Positions 9,035-20,040 of a DNA stretch of 64,000 nt are shown one piece after another; positions within the stretch are counted from its first letter, which is position 1; each line of letters opens with the position of its first letter. The DNA comes from an uncultured Bifidobacterium sp. (GTDB lineage: Bacteria; Acidobacteriota; Vicinamibacteria; Vicinamibacterales; CAVVIG01). The stretch spans positions 48,284 through 112,283 of the forward strand of contig CAZOAZ010000013.1 in NCBI GenBank assembly GCA_964577955.1. The letters are read 5' to 3'. The translations under genes and the position numbers were made by a program. Under the pieces are notes generated by a model. That model did not search any database. It saw only the letters and a list, made by a program, of their open reading frames with translations, and was not told the DNA's origin.

Positions 9035-11032
9035 TCACAATCCCGACGGAAATGTCTCGGCCGCGTCGCCGGCCTCCCACAACGGCTCGCGTTCGAGCGG
9101 CTCGAGCGCGCGCGTCTGGTCGAAATGCAGCACGTAGTCGAACTGCTCGGCGAGGTTGGCGCGGAAATAGTGGCTCGGTCGTTCGGTCTCAGGCAGATAG
9201 AGGACGCCGATCGCGCGCTCCAGCCTCGGCGTCGCGACCGCCTGTCGCAAGCCGGGATCGCGCCGCAGCGGCAACAGGAACCGCGGCACACCGACCTCGT
9301 GGAACAGCCGTTCGTAGCTCCCCGCCAGCCCCGGGCGCACCCGCTTGCGCTCGGCCGGCCCATCCCACTCGGATGCCGCCGTCACGGTTCCGGTGTAGGT
9401 GGTGAATCCCACGTTCACGGCGCGATCGCCGTAGCGCTCGCGCACGAGCTGTCCGACGTTGAGCTCGCCGCGCGTGCTCATCTCCGTCGCCCGCGCATCG
9501 CCGAGGTGCGAGTTGTGGGCCCAGACCACCACGCGCGCATCGGGCCGCGTCCGCTCGAGAAAGCGCACCAGCTCCTGCAGCGTGTCCACCATGTGACGAT
9601 CCCGCAGGTTCCACGAATCGGCGCGTCCCAGGAACATCGTGCGGTAGTACTGCTCCGCGTTCCTGACGAGACGGGCGTTCTGTTCCGCGTAGAAGAACTC
9701 GTCGGCCGCGACGCGGCCGTCCCGGCTGGCATAGTCGGCACGCTGCCGGTGGAGCTCGAGCAACTGCGTGACGACCTCGCGCTCGCACGACGGGTGCAGC
9801 CCGGACGTGGTCGCATACCCGTATTCCTGCAACGCCTCGCCGAACTGATCGAAGCATCCGTAGCGGCGGCGGGCGCGGCGCGCGCCGTCCGGATCGACTT
9901 TGTCCAGGTACTGCAGCACCGCTTGCATCGAGGCTCTGAGGCTGTACAAGTCCAGCCCGTAGAATCCGGTGCGCTGGTCCGCGGGCCGTGCTTCGTTGTG
10001 CGTGCGCAACCAGCCGACGAAGTCGAGCACATCCGCGTTGCGCCACATCCAGGTCGGAAAGCGGCCGAAATCGCCGAGCGCCTGCACCGCGTCTTCGTCC
10101 GGACCGCTGCCCCGCACGTAGCGATTGATGCGGTACGCGTCCGGCCAATCGGCCTCGACCGCCACCGCTGAGAAGCCCTTCTCAACGATCAGCCGCCTGG
10201 TGATGAACGCGCGCTCGCGATAGAACTCGTGCGTGCCGTGGGTCGCTTCGCCGAGCAGGACGATGCGCGCGTCGCCGATCCCGTCAATCAGGGCGTCGTA
10301 CTGCGCCGGATCCCCCTTCAGCTGAAGCAGGCCGCCGCGCAGAGTTGCCAGCGCGGCGTCGGGCGTCGCGGCTGCCGCGTTCGCACTCGATGAGGCCGCC
10401 GCCAGCAGCTGTTGGACCTCAACGTCCGACGTTTGATCGAACGTCTCGTACCAGAGGCCAACCGCCTGCAGCGGCTCCGGCATCGACACGCACACCACTT
10501 CGTCGGCGATCGTGCCGAGATGGTCGCAGGTTTCGCGAGCCCCGACCGGCACGGCCACGACGATCCGCGCTGGCGACTGCTGACGCAACGCGAGAATCGC
10601 CGCCTGCATCGTCGACCCGGTGGCGAGGCCGTCGTCGACGACAATCACCGTCTTGTCGCGAACCGCCGCGGGAGGGCGAGTGCCTCGGTACAACCTGTCG
10701 CGCCGATCGAGCTCCAGGCGTTCGCGCACGGCCACCTGCTGCACGAGCGGGTACGGAATCCCGAGGTCGCGAATCAGATCGCGATTCAGCACTTCGATCC
10801 CGCCCGTAGCGATCGCGCCCATGGCGAATTCCTGATGCCCCGGCACGCCCAGCTTTCGCACCAGGAAGATGTCGAGCGGCAGGTTGAGCCGCGACGCCAC
10901 TTCGTGCGCGACCGGAATGCCGCCGCGCGGCAGTCCGAGCACGATCACGTCGGCGCGGCCCGTGTACTTGGTGAGTTTGGCGGCCAGCTGCCGCCCGGCG
11001 TCAAGACGATTGCGAAACCGCATGAAGCTCAT
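9035..11032 (-). CDS. Phosphoribosyltransferase / erythromycin esterase fusion (Rv2030c-like)
   Basis: PRT motifs LGLPRGG and VDDGLATG; EreA-like LLGEATHGTHEFY, AVEADWPD and WAHNSHLGD. Confidence 0.9.
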   Translation of the reverse strand: MSFMRFRNRLDAGRQLAAKLTKYTGRADVIVLGLPRGGIPVAHEVASRLNLPLDIFLVRKLGVPGHQEFAMGAIATGGIEVLNRDLIRDLGIPYPLVQQVAVRERLELDRRDRLYRGTRPPAAVRDKTVIVVDDGLATGSTMQAAILALRQQSPARIVVAVPVGARETCDHLGTIADEVVCVSMPEPLQAVGLWYETFDQTSDVEVQQLLAAASSSANAAAATPDAALATLRGGLLQLKGDPAQYDALIDGIGDARIVLLGEATHGTHEFYRERAFITRRLIVEKGFSAVAVEADWPDAYRINRYVRGSGPDEDAVQALGDFGRFPTWMWRNADVLDFVGWLRTHNEARPADQRTGFYGLDLYSLRASMQAVLQYLDKVDPDGARRARRRYGCFDQFGEALQEYGYATTSGLHPSCEREVVTQLLELHRQRADYASRDGRVAADEFFYAEQNARLVRNAEQYYRTMFLGRADSWNLRDRHMVDTLQELVRFLERTRPDARVVVWAHNSHLGDARATEMSTRGELNVGQLVRERYGDRAVNVGFTTYTGTVTAASEWDGPAERKRVRPGLAGSYERLFHEVGVPRFLLPLRRDPGLRQAVATPRLERAIGVLYLPETERPSHYFRANLAEQFDYVLHFDQTRALEPLEREPLWEAGDAAETFPSGL

Positions 11033-11601
11033 TTCTCTGGCGCGTGAGACGCGACCAACTCAAAGTAGTGCACGACCTTCTGCCCGTTTTCATCGGCGTA
11101 GAAGATCTTCACCCCGACCGCCGTCCGATCGACCGGCGCGGCGCCAGCGGCGGCGGCGCGCTCGGTCAGCCGTAACGTTTCGGTGACGCCGTTGGCGAAA
11201 CGGATGACGATCTCTCTGCGCGAACGGCTGATGCGGACGACGGTCCCTTCGCTGATCCGCAGCCCTTCGTCGCTGACTTGATCGATTTCGGCCGCCATCT
11301 CCCGTGTGCCGGACACCGAATAGTGCACGACGATGGTTCGCCCCTCCTGCAACCCCTCCAGGGCGTCGATACCCGGCCGCTTTCCGCCGTGGACGAGCAG
11401 GTTTTCAGTGAACGTGAAGGCGTGTTCGACGCCATCGATCGTCTTCACAATGATGATGTTCGCGGCTCGATACAACTTCTTCATCGTCCCTTCGAGAGCC
11501 AGGGTGCCGAGCACCGGCGGCGGCGATTGCGCGCGAAGTGGCGATCCGCTTGACAGCGTGGCGGCCAGAAGGCCAGCAGCAGCGATGGCTCGTGTGTTCA
11601 T
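11029..11601 (-). CDS. Hypothetical secreted protein (beta-rich, possibly two OB-like repeats)
   Basis: Signal peptide MNTRAIAAAGLLAA...; start and stop overlap the neighbouring genes. Confidence 0.6.
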   Translation of the reverse strand: MNTRAIAAAGLLAATLSSGSPLRAQSPPPVLGTLALEGTMKKLYRAANIIIVKTIDGVEHAFTFTENLLVHGGKRPGIDALEGLQEGRTIVVHYSVSGTREMAAEIDQVSDEGLRISEGTVVRISRSRREIVIRFANGVTETLRLTERAAAAGAAPVDRTAVGVKIFYADENGQKVVHYFELVASHAPEK

Positions 11602-12224
11602 GACGTCCTCGGCCCGACGCGCAGGCGGATGATGGTGAGGTACCGTTCTGGATCCCCGGCAAAGATCATCCCGGGGCCTTTGACGTACTCTTCTTCGTGG
11701 TCGCCGATCACCTCGAGGCCCTGTGCCGTGATGAAGCGGCGCAGACGTTCGATGTCGGGCTGCTCCGTGCTGTACGACCCGACATGAAGGACTTCGGCCA
11801 CGTCGCCGTACTCCCAGGTGGTGATGGCACTGGGCAGAGCACCGGCAGGGGCCGCCGCCAGAGCCGCGGTTTCCGACACCGGCAATGCGTACTGCCCGAC
11901 CCATCGGTCCTTCGGCGTGTCTTCCGGTCTGGGCCAGCGAGCGCGAGGCGCCGGCGGCCGTGACATCCTCGAGACGCCCGGCAGTGCGAAGTAGGTGCTG
12001 AACAGCTGCTTGAACGACGCCGCGCCCACCACGCTCGGATCGCCTGTGGCCTCCACAACCAGCATGCGTTGTGGGGGCAGATGCGTCAGCCGCGGCTCTC
12101 GCAGATCGGCAAACTGCGATGGATCGGGGCCACGGCGCAGCCAGACCGCCAGGAACGCGCCGCCGATGGCGACGAGCGCCGCGACGGCGATACCCCGTGC
12201 GGTGTTTCTTCCTGAGATCTTCAT
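11598..12224 (-). CDS. GyrI-like small-molecule-binding domain protein with N-terminal membrane anchor
   Basis: LVVEATGDPS, LHVGSYSTE and GDHEEEY...P...TIIR pattern. Confidence 0.7.
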   Translation of the reverse strand: MKISGRNTARGIAVAALVAIGGAFLAVWLRRGPDPSQFADLREPRLTHLPPQRMLVVEATGDPSVVGAASFKQLFSTYFALPGVSRMSRPPAPRARWPRPEDTPKDRWVGQYALPVSETAALAAAPAGALPSAITTWEYGDVAEVLHVGSYSTEQPDIERLRRFITAQGLEVIGDHEEEYVKGPGMIFAGDPERYLTIIRLRVGPRTS

Positions 12225-12238
12225 GCGACGACCATTGA

Positions 12239-12252
12239 GCAATGCGCATGCC
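12239..12252 (-). promoter_or_regulatory. sigma54 -24/-12 element
   Basis: Minus strand cGG-catgcgcatt-GCt; 14 nt before the ATG at 12224. Confidence 0.7.
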
Positions 12253-12276
12253 GGACTGAGCTGCGCACGTCCGACC

Positions 12277-12933
12277 TCAGTACCACAACGAAATCATGAG
12301 TCGCGTGAGGAAGAAGTCGACGGCGATCACCGCGACTGAACCGGCGACGACGGCGCGCGTCGTGGACCGCCCGACGCCCTGCGTGCCGCCGGTTGTCTGG
12401 AGCCCGACATGACACGCGATGCTAGCGTCCGCGATGACCGTCAGCACCGGCGCCATCAGTGTTCCGGCCAGGATGCGTGGCAGGACCAGCTTGCGAATCG
12501 GATCCGTCCCGAGGACGCGCAAGGCGCTGATCTGACTGGTGACTTCCATTGAGCCCAGTTCGGCGGCGATCCCCGCGCCCGCGCGCCCGCACCGCATCAA
12601 ACCGGTCAACACCGGTCCCAGGTTCTTGACCATCGTGGCGCTTACCAGCCGGCCCACGACCGGCCGGGCGCCGTACGCATCGAGCGTGATGCCACTCTGC
12701 AACGCGAGCGCCGCGCCGGTGAAGAACGCCGTCAGCATGATCACGGTTAGTGTGCCCACACCAACCACGTCGAGCTGCTCGATCATGTTGCGGACGTACC
12801 AGCGTTTGAACAGGAGGGCCCGACACGCCGCCGACATCATCAAGCAGTAAGTTTGAACTTCGAGCGCGATCGCCTTGAGGGTCTCGTCGATCCGACGCAC
12901 ACGGAGACCTCGCGCTGGAACCGGCAGTGACAT
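12277..12933 (-). pseudogene. mlaE: MlaE-family ABC permease with an internal in-frame deletion
   Basis: GRAGAGIAAELGSM and ALRVLGTDPIRKLVLPRI; LTVIADA joins directly to SIACHVG, so roughly 40-45 aa are missing; no mlaF or mlaD nearby. Confidence 0.65.
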
Positions 12934-13013
12934 CGTCGGTTTACCTGAATCTGATCAGGAGCACGGCGGTTCGCCGCCGCTCGAGGTGGATTTCGCTCAT
13001 TGGCTGGGCATGG

Positions 13014-13027
13014 GCAACAGCGATACC
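13014..13027 (-). promoter_or_regulatory. sigma54 -24/-12 element
   Basis: Minus strand cGG-tatcgctgtt-GCc. Confidence 0.6.
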
Positions 13028-13083
13028 GACCCTCTCCGCTTCGCATGGCCTGTGTCCGCAACCCATCTTGCCGAATGGTCCAG

Positions 13084-13112
13084 GCAAATTTTCGCGGTCC
13101 TGGGGAATTCCC
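13084..13112. promoter_or_regulatory. Tandem putative enhancer (UAS) boxes
   Basis: GCAAATTTTC (13084) and GGGAATTCCC (13103), between divergent sigma54 sites. Confidence 0.55.
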
Positions 13113-13168
13113 CTCGATCATCCGCCGCTCACACTCGAGAACATGGAGATTGGCCGCCAGCCGAAGTG

Positions 13169-13182
13169 GGTACGCGGTTTGC
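13169..13182 (+). promoter_or_regulatory. sigma54 -24/-12 element for the hsp20 operon
   Basis: gGG-tacgcggttt-GCc. Confidence 0.6.
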
Positions 13183-13231
13183 CTTGCAGTTGTCGCGTCA
13201 TTACCCCTAGTCACTTCTGAGAGGAGTGGTC

Positions 13232-13744
13232 ATGTCCGAACAGAAAAAGACAGAACTGGTTCCCACTCGTGTCGCCCGCGATCCGTTTGCGCTCATGCGC
13301 CAGATGACCTCGGAGTTCGATCGGGTTCTCAGCGACTGGCCCGCGTTTCGATTCCCGACCCTCGGCGCCATGAAGGCCGACGGGCTCTGGGCACCCAAGA
13401 CCGACGTCTTCGAACGCGACGGCCGTCTCGTCACCCGCGTCGACCTGCCCGGCATGAAGAAAGAGGACATCCTCATCGAGGCCACGGACGGTCATCTGAC
13501 CCTGTCCGGCGAGCGTAAGTCGGATGTCGAGGAGAAGAAGGACGGCGTGTATCGCCGCGAGCGCGAATACGGCAGCTTCTCCCGCATGGTGCCGCTGCCG
13601 GAGGGCGTGAAGCTCGACGATATCAAGGCAACCTTCGCCGACGGCGTTCTCGAGGTGTCCGTCCCGTTGCCGGCGCAGCCCGCCAAGAACAGCCGGAAGG
13701 TTCAGATCGAGGACGCCAAGGCCAAGTCAAAGAGCGCGGCGTAG
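13232..13744 (+). CDS. Hsp20 / alpha-crystallin small heat-shock protein
   Basis: RBS GAGGAG; DLPGMKKEDI, LSGERK, ERxYGSFSRMVPLP and FADGVLEV. Confidence 0.93.
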   Translation: MSEQKKTELVPTRVARDPFALMRQMTSEFDRVLSDWPAFRFPTLGAMKADGLWAPKTDVFERDGRLVTRVDLPGMKKEDILIEATDGHLTLSGERKSDVEEKKDGVYRREREYGSFSRMVPLPEGVKLDDIKATFADGVLEVSVPLPAQPAKNSRKVQIEDAKAKSKSAA

Positions 13745-13753
13745 GAGGCTGCC

Positions 13754-14215
13754 ATGAAGGTCAAGGACATCATGACGGTCGAGCCGCGGACCTGCGGCCC
13801 GGACACGAATCTGGCGGCCGCCGCGGCGCTCATGCTCGACGCTGACTGCGGGATGCTGCCGGTCGTGATCGGCGGCAAGCTCGCGGGCGTCGTCACCGAT
13901 CGCGACCTCTACATCGCTCTGGCGACGCGGAACCAGCGGCCGTCGGATCTGAGCATCGGCGACGTGATGCAGACGCCGCTCCACACCTGCGGACCGGACG
14001 ACGACGTGGAGATGGCGCTGGCCACGATGAAGCAGCATCGCGTGCGCCGGCTGCCGGTCGAGGGCTTCGGCGGCACGGTGATCGGGGTCCTTTCGCTCAA
14101 CGACATCGCCAGGGCGGCGGGCAGCAAGAGAGGCATCACGAGCGCCGAGTTGATCGGCACGCTGCAGGCCATCTCACACCAGCACCGGCCGGTTCCGCAC
14201 GTCGCCTCCGTCTAG
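13754..14215 (+). CDS. CBS domain pair protein
   Basis: MKVKDIMT, GMLPVV, GVVTDRD and VRRLPV. Confidence 0.9.
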   Translation: MKVKDIMTVEPRTCGPDTNLAAAAALMLDADCGMLPVVIGGKLAGVVTDRDLYIALATRNQRPSDLSIGDVMQTPLHTCGPDDDVEMALATMKQHRVRRLPVEGFGGTVIGVLSLNDIARAAGSKRGITSAELIGTLQAISHQHRPVPHVASV

Positions 14216-14393
14216 GCCACCAGCGCCGCCGCCCGTCGCCGACGCTCGGGCCGATCGGTGGCGGCGTCAACCAGCCCGCGACGCGTTGCTCGATGCCCTG
14301 ACCGCCGCGCAGTTTCTGATGCGGACCGCCCGCGGCGCCTTCGTGCACTACCGCGGCGAGTCGTAGCCAACAACCCGGAACGGCGGGAGCATC

Positions 14394-15002
14394 ATGGATC
14401 GTCAGCAATACACGCTCAGTGCACTCGACGCGATCTTCACGCGCCGATCGGTTCGCGCCTACACCGGTGAACGGATCGACGCCGCGACCGTTCGATCGCT
14501 GCTCGACGCGGCGGTGCAGGCCCCGACCGCCATGCACGGCGAGCCCTGGGCGTTCATCGTGATCCAGAACGCCGAGACGCTGAAACGGATTTCGGATCGG
14601 GCGAAAGGGCATTGGGCGACGGAGGCGGCCCGCTATCGGGATCTTCATCCCGCCGCCGCCGGATCACTGCAGGGCGGATTTGCCGCGCGCTTCGCGGCGC
14701 CAGACTTTTCGATCTTCTACGATGCGGGAACGCTGATCGCGATCTGCGCCAAGACCACCGGCCCGTTCGTCGCCGCCGACTGCTGGCTCGCGGCCGAGAA
14801 CCTGATGCTCGCCGCGGCGGCACTGGGACTGGGCACCTGCTGTATCGGCTCCGCGGTCCCGGCCCTGAACAGCGCCGACACCCGGACGGAGCTATCGCTG
14901 GCGGCCGGCCTCGAGGTCATCGCGCCAATCGTGGTTGGCGTCGCGCGCGAGCCAGGGCAAGCGTCCGGCCGGAACGACCCAGAGATCGTCTGCTGGCAAT
15001 GA
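14394..15002 (+). CDS. Nitroreductase family protein
   Basis: IFTRRSVRAY, APTAMHGEPWAF and ENLMLAAAALGLGTC. Confidence 0.88.
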   Translation: MDRQQYTLSALDAIFTRRSVRAYTGERIDAATVRSLLDAAVQAPTAMHGEPWAFIVIQNAETLKRISDRAKGHWATEAARYRDLHPAAAGSLQGGFAARFAAPDFSIFYDAGTLIAICAKTTGPFVAADCWLAAENLMLAAAALGLGTCCIGSAVPALNSADTRTELSLAAGLEVIAPIVVGVAREPGQASGRNDPEIVCWQ

Positions 15003-15014
15003 ACGGCCACGAGC

Positions 15015-16826
<1,812 letters not shown>

Positions 16827-17044
16827 CCGGTCGGTTCTCCCTTGACCGGGCGAGCGCGGTGCGCCTGGCACGATCATTCGCCGCCAGCGAAGGTGTCGAT
16901 GCGTGGTGTCCCGAGGACGACCGCTGTAGACGGAAATCGATCTTCGCGCGGCATTCCGCGACAGGCTGGGTCGCGACTTCCGGCCATTCTCCCAAGTTCG
17001 CTAGGACTCAGGCCGTGCACCCGAGAGCTCTCCGCGCGCGTCGG

Positions 17045-17194
17045 TCAGACGACGCGGCGGCCGCTCACGAATCCGGCCAGGACCAACACGATCGCGATGA
17101 CCAGCAGCACGTGAATGAACGCACCAATCGTATAACCACTCACGAGCCCTAACAGCCACAGAACCAACAGCAGGACGGCAATCGTATACAGCAT
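17045..17194 (-). CDS. lmo0937-family small membrane protein (49 aa, absent from the ORF track)
   Basis: Hand translation MLYTIAVLLLVLWLLGLVSGYTIGAFIHVLLVIAIVLVLAGFVSGRRVV*; RBS AAGGAG. Confidence 0.85.
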   Translation of the reverse strand: MLYTIAVLLLVLWLLGLVSGYTIGAFIHVLLVIAIVLVLAGFVSGRRVV

Positions 17195-17267
17195 GTTTCA
17201 TTTCTCCTTGAAAACCCCACACTCCACTGAAACCGCAAACCAAGCCATTCGCCAAGAGCGCGCGAGT

Positions 17268-17281
17268 GGCACTCCGGTTGC
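17268..17281 (+). promoter_or_regulatory. sigma54 -24/-12 element for csbD
   Basis: TGGCAC-tccgg-TTGCT, a near-perfect consensus match. Confidence 0.8.
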
Positions 17282-17348
17282 TCTACAGCACGACAAGTGA
17301 CGCCATCAACACCACAGACGTTCCAGTCTGATCTTGGAGGAGAGCACC

Positions 17349-17528
17349 ATGAAGCCAAGCACGAGAGATCGGGTCGAAGGCAAACTGCATGAAGTCACAG
17401 GGAAAGCGAAAGAAAAGTTGGGCCAGGTGACTCACAACCCGAAGCTGGCGGCCAAAGGCACCGCCGAAAAGCTGGCCGGCAAGGTCCAGGCGAAGGTCGG
17501 ACAGGTGAAAAAGGCATTCGGCCGGTGA
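17349..17528 (+). CDS. csbD: CsbD family stress protein
   Basis: DRVEGKLHEVTGKAKEKLG...GKVQAKVGQVK; RBS GGAGGAG. Confidence 0.88.
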   Translation: MKPSTRDRVEGKLHEVTGKAKEKLGQVTHNPKLAAKGTAEKLAGKVQAKVGQVKKAFGR

Positions 17529-17545
17529 AAAATTCCCCGTTTCGA

Positions 17546-17589
17546 CGGGGGCTCGCGTAGTCGAACCGGCAGAACCTCGCGAGCCCCCG
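17546..17589. terminator. Hairpin between the convergent csbD and ppsA genes
   Basis: 12-bp inverted repeat CGGGGGCTCGCG / CGCGAGCCCCCG. Confidence 0.55.
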
Positions 17590-17595
17590 GCGGTG

Positions 17596-20040
17596 TCAGC
17601 GGATCTGTAGACTCGAATTGGCCTCGACGGCAGGCACCGTCGGCTTCACCAGCGGTTCCGCCGCGGCAATGCGCAGCGTCGTGGCCGCCGCGACGTCCGG
17701 GTTGAGCGAAATGGAGTCGATCCCTTCGCCAACCAGCCAGGTGGCAAAGTCGGGGTAGTCCGACGGCGCCTGTCCGCAGATCCCGACCGGCTTACCCATT
17801 CGCCGTCCCACCGCAATCGCTCTCGCGATCAGCCACCGGACCGCGTCGTTGCGTTCGTCGAACAGGTGCGCCACCGTTGCCGAGTCACGGTCGAGGCCGA
17901 GCGTGAGCTGCGTCAGGTCGTTGGAGCCGATCGAAAAGCCGTCGAACACGCGCAGGAAGTCTTCGGCCAGGATGGCGTTCGACGGAATTTCGCACATCGC
18001 GTAGACCTCGAGACCGTGTTCTCCCTGGCGCAAGCCGTTCGCGGCGAGCGCGCCCAGCACGCGTCGGCCTTCGTCGACGGTGCGGCAAAACGGAATCATC
18101 AGCTTGATGTTGGCGAGACCCATCTCGGTGCGCGCCCGGCGCAGTGCCGCGCATTCGAGCGCGAAGCCGTCCGCGTAGCGTTCGTCGTAGTAACGGGAGG
18201 CACCGCGAAAGCCGATCATCGGGTTCTCTTCCGCCGGCTCGAACTCCTGACCACCGAGGAGTTGCGCGTACTCGTTGGTCTTGAAGTCGCTCAGACGGAC
18301 GATTACCGGCTTCGGATAGAACGCCGACGCGAGGCGGGCGATGCCTTCCGCGAATCGATTCACGAAGAAGGCGCGGGCGTCTTCCCCGCCAATCCGTGCG
18401 GCGATGTCCTTGACCGCCGCCGGGTTCTGAAGCTTCGGGTACCGGACCAGCGCCATCGGGTGAATGCCGATGTGGCTGGTAATGATGAACTCGGCGCGCG
18501 CCAGGCCGACGCCCTGGTTCGGAATCCGCGACAGATGGAAGGCCCGGCTCGGATCGCCGACGATCAGCATCACCTTGGTTGCCGTCACCGGCGCCGTTCC
18601 CGCGTCGACGTGGTCGACCACGAACGGCACCCGTCCGGCATACACGTGCCCCTCGACCCCTTCCGCGCAGCACACCGTCACTTCGTCGCCGTCATGCAGC
18701 GTCGCGGTGGCGTTGCCAGTACCGACGATGCAGGGGAGGCCGAATTCGCGCGAGACAATGGCGGCATGCGCGGTCCGGCCGCCGTGGTCCGTGACGATCG
18801 CCGCCACCCGCCGCATCACCGGCTCCCAATCGGGATCCGTCATCGGCGCCACGAGGACGTCGCCCGGCCGGACGGCCTCGAGCGCGGTCGCGTCGCGAAC
18901 GACGCGTACACACCCCGTCGCAATCCGCTCGCCGACTGCCTGCCCGTGGACGAGTGACTGGCGCGGCCCGGGGCTCAGACGGTAGACCTCGGTTGTGGCC
19001 CCCAACGGTTTCCTCGAATGGACGGTCTCGGGCCGCGCCTGCACGATGAACAGATCGCCGGTGTGGCCGTCCTTCGCCCACTCGATGTCCATCGGCGACG
19101 GATGCCCGGCGCGTTCCGAATAGTGTGCTTCGATGACGCACGCCCACCGCGCCAGCGTCAGCACATCGTCGTCAGTCAGACAGAAGCGCGTGCGCTGCTC
19201 GATCGGTGTCGGCTCGCTGCGGGTCGCCTTGCTGCCGTCGGCGTAGACCAGCCGGACTTCCTTCGTCCCGAGACGGCGTCCGATGATCGCCCGATGCCCG
19301 GTCGCGAGCGTTGGTTTGAACACCGTCCACTCATCCGGTGTCACGACGCCTTGAACGACGAACTCGCCCAGACCGTAGGCGCCTGAAATCTGCACGACGT
19401 CGCGGAAGCCCGACTCGGTGTCGAGTGTGAAGATGACGCCCGACGTGGCCTGGTCGGAACGCACCATCGGCATCACACCGACGGACAGCGCCACCTTCAA
19501 CTGGTCGTAGCCAAGCCGGGCCCGGTAGCTGATTGCGCGATCCGTGAACAGCGACGAATAGCAGGCATGCACGGCGCGGAGGAGGCCGTCGCGGCCGCGA
19601 ACATTCAAGAACGTCTCTGCTGCGCCGGCAAACGACGCTTCAGGCAGATCCTCGGCGGTCGCCGACGATCGAACCGCCATCTCCGCTTCGCGCCCGAGCC
19701 TGGCGCAGAGCCGGTCGTAGGCCCGGAGCACCGCGTCGCTCACGTCCTCCGGGAGCGGTGTTTCGAGGACGGCAGCGCGGGCCGCCTGACCGCGGCGTGC
19801 CAGCTCCTCCAGGTCTTCGGGATCGAAGCCATCGAAGAGCGCGCGGAGGCGAGGCTCGAGCTCCTTCATGGTCAACAGCCGCCGATAGGCGTCTGCGGTC
19901 GTCGCGAATCCATCCAGAATGCCGACCCCTTTGGGTTTCAGCACGCCGAACAGTTCACCGAGCGACGCGTTCTTTCCGCCCACGGTCGCGACATCGGCGA
20001 GCGTGATCTCGGAAAAGTCCCGGACATAGACCGGCGTCAT
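17596..20040 (-). CDS. ppsA: Phosphoenolpyruvate synthase (pyruvate, water dikinase)
   Basis: VGGKNASLGE, AVRSSATAED, phospho-His GGRTAHAAI, GSNDLTQ and GICGQ. Start placed at MTPVYV; the longer ORF extension overlaps the DUF3300 gene. Confidence 0.95.
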   Translation of the reverse strand: MTPVYVRDFSEITLADVATVGGKNASLGELFGVLKPKGVGILDGFATTADAYRRLLTMKELEPRLRALFDGFDPEDLEELARRGQAARAAVLETPLPEDVSDAVLRAYDRLCARLGREAEMAVRSSATAEDLPEASFAGAAETFLNVRGRDGLLRAVHACYSSLFTDRAISYRARLGYDQLKVALSVGVMPMVRSDQATSGVIFTLDTESGFRDVVQISGAYGLGEFVVQGVVTPDEWTVFKPTLATGHRAIIGRRLGTKEVRLVYADGSKATRSEPTPIEQRTRFCLTDDDVLTLARWACVIEAHYSERAGHPSPMDIEWAKDGHTGDLFIVQARPETVHSRKPLGATTEVYRLSPGPRQSLVHGQAVGERIATGCVRVVRDATALEAVRPGDVLVAPMTDPDWEPVMRRVAAIVTDHGGRTAHAAIVSREFGLPCIVGTGNATATLHDGDEVTVCCAEGVEGHVYAGRVPFVVDHVDAGTAPVTATKVMLIVGDPSRAFHLSRIPNQGVGLARAEFIITSHIGIHPMALVRYPKLQNPAAVKDIAARIGGEDARAFFVNRFAEGIARLASAFYPKPVIVRLSDFKTNEYAQLLGGQEFEPAEENPMIGFRGASRYYDERYADGFALECAALRRARTEMGLANIKLMIPFCRTVDEGRRVLGALAANGLRQGEHGLEVYAMCEIPSNAILAEDFLRVFDGFSIGSNDLTQLTLGLDRDSATVAHLFDERNDAVRWLIARAIAVGRRMGKPVGICGQAPSDYPDFATWLVGEGIDSISLNPDVAAATTLRIAAAEPLVKPTVPAVEANSSLQIR

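Noticed and set aside
16866-16882. TGGCACGATCATTCGC after ftsH as a sigma54 promoter
   Set aside because: GG-N11-GC spacing, and no clear downstream gene.
16827-17044. Possible small gene remnant (AVRLARSFAASEGVDAW) after ftsH
   Set aside because: No start codon or RBS, and no family I can confidently name.
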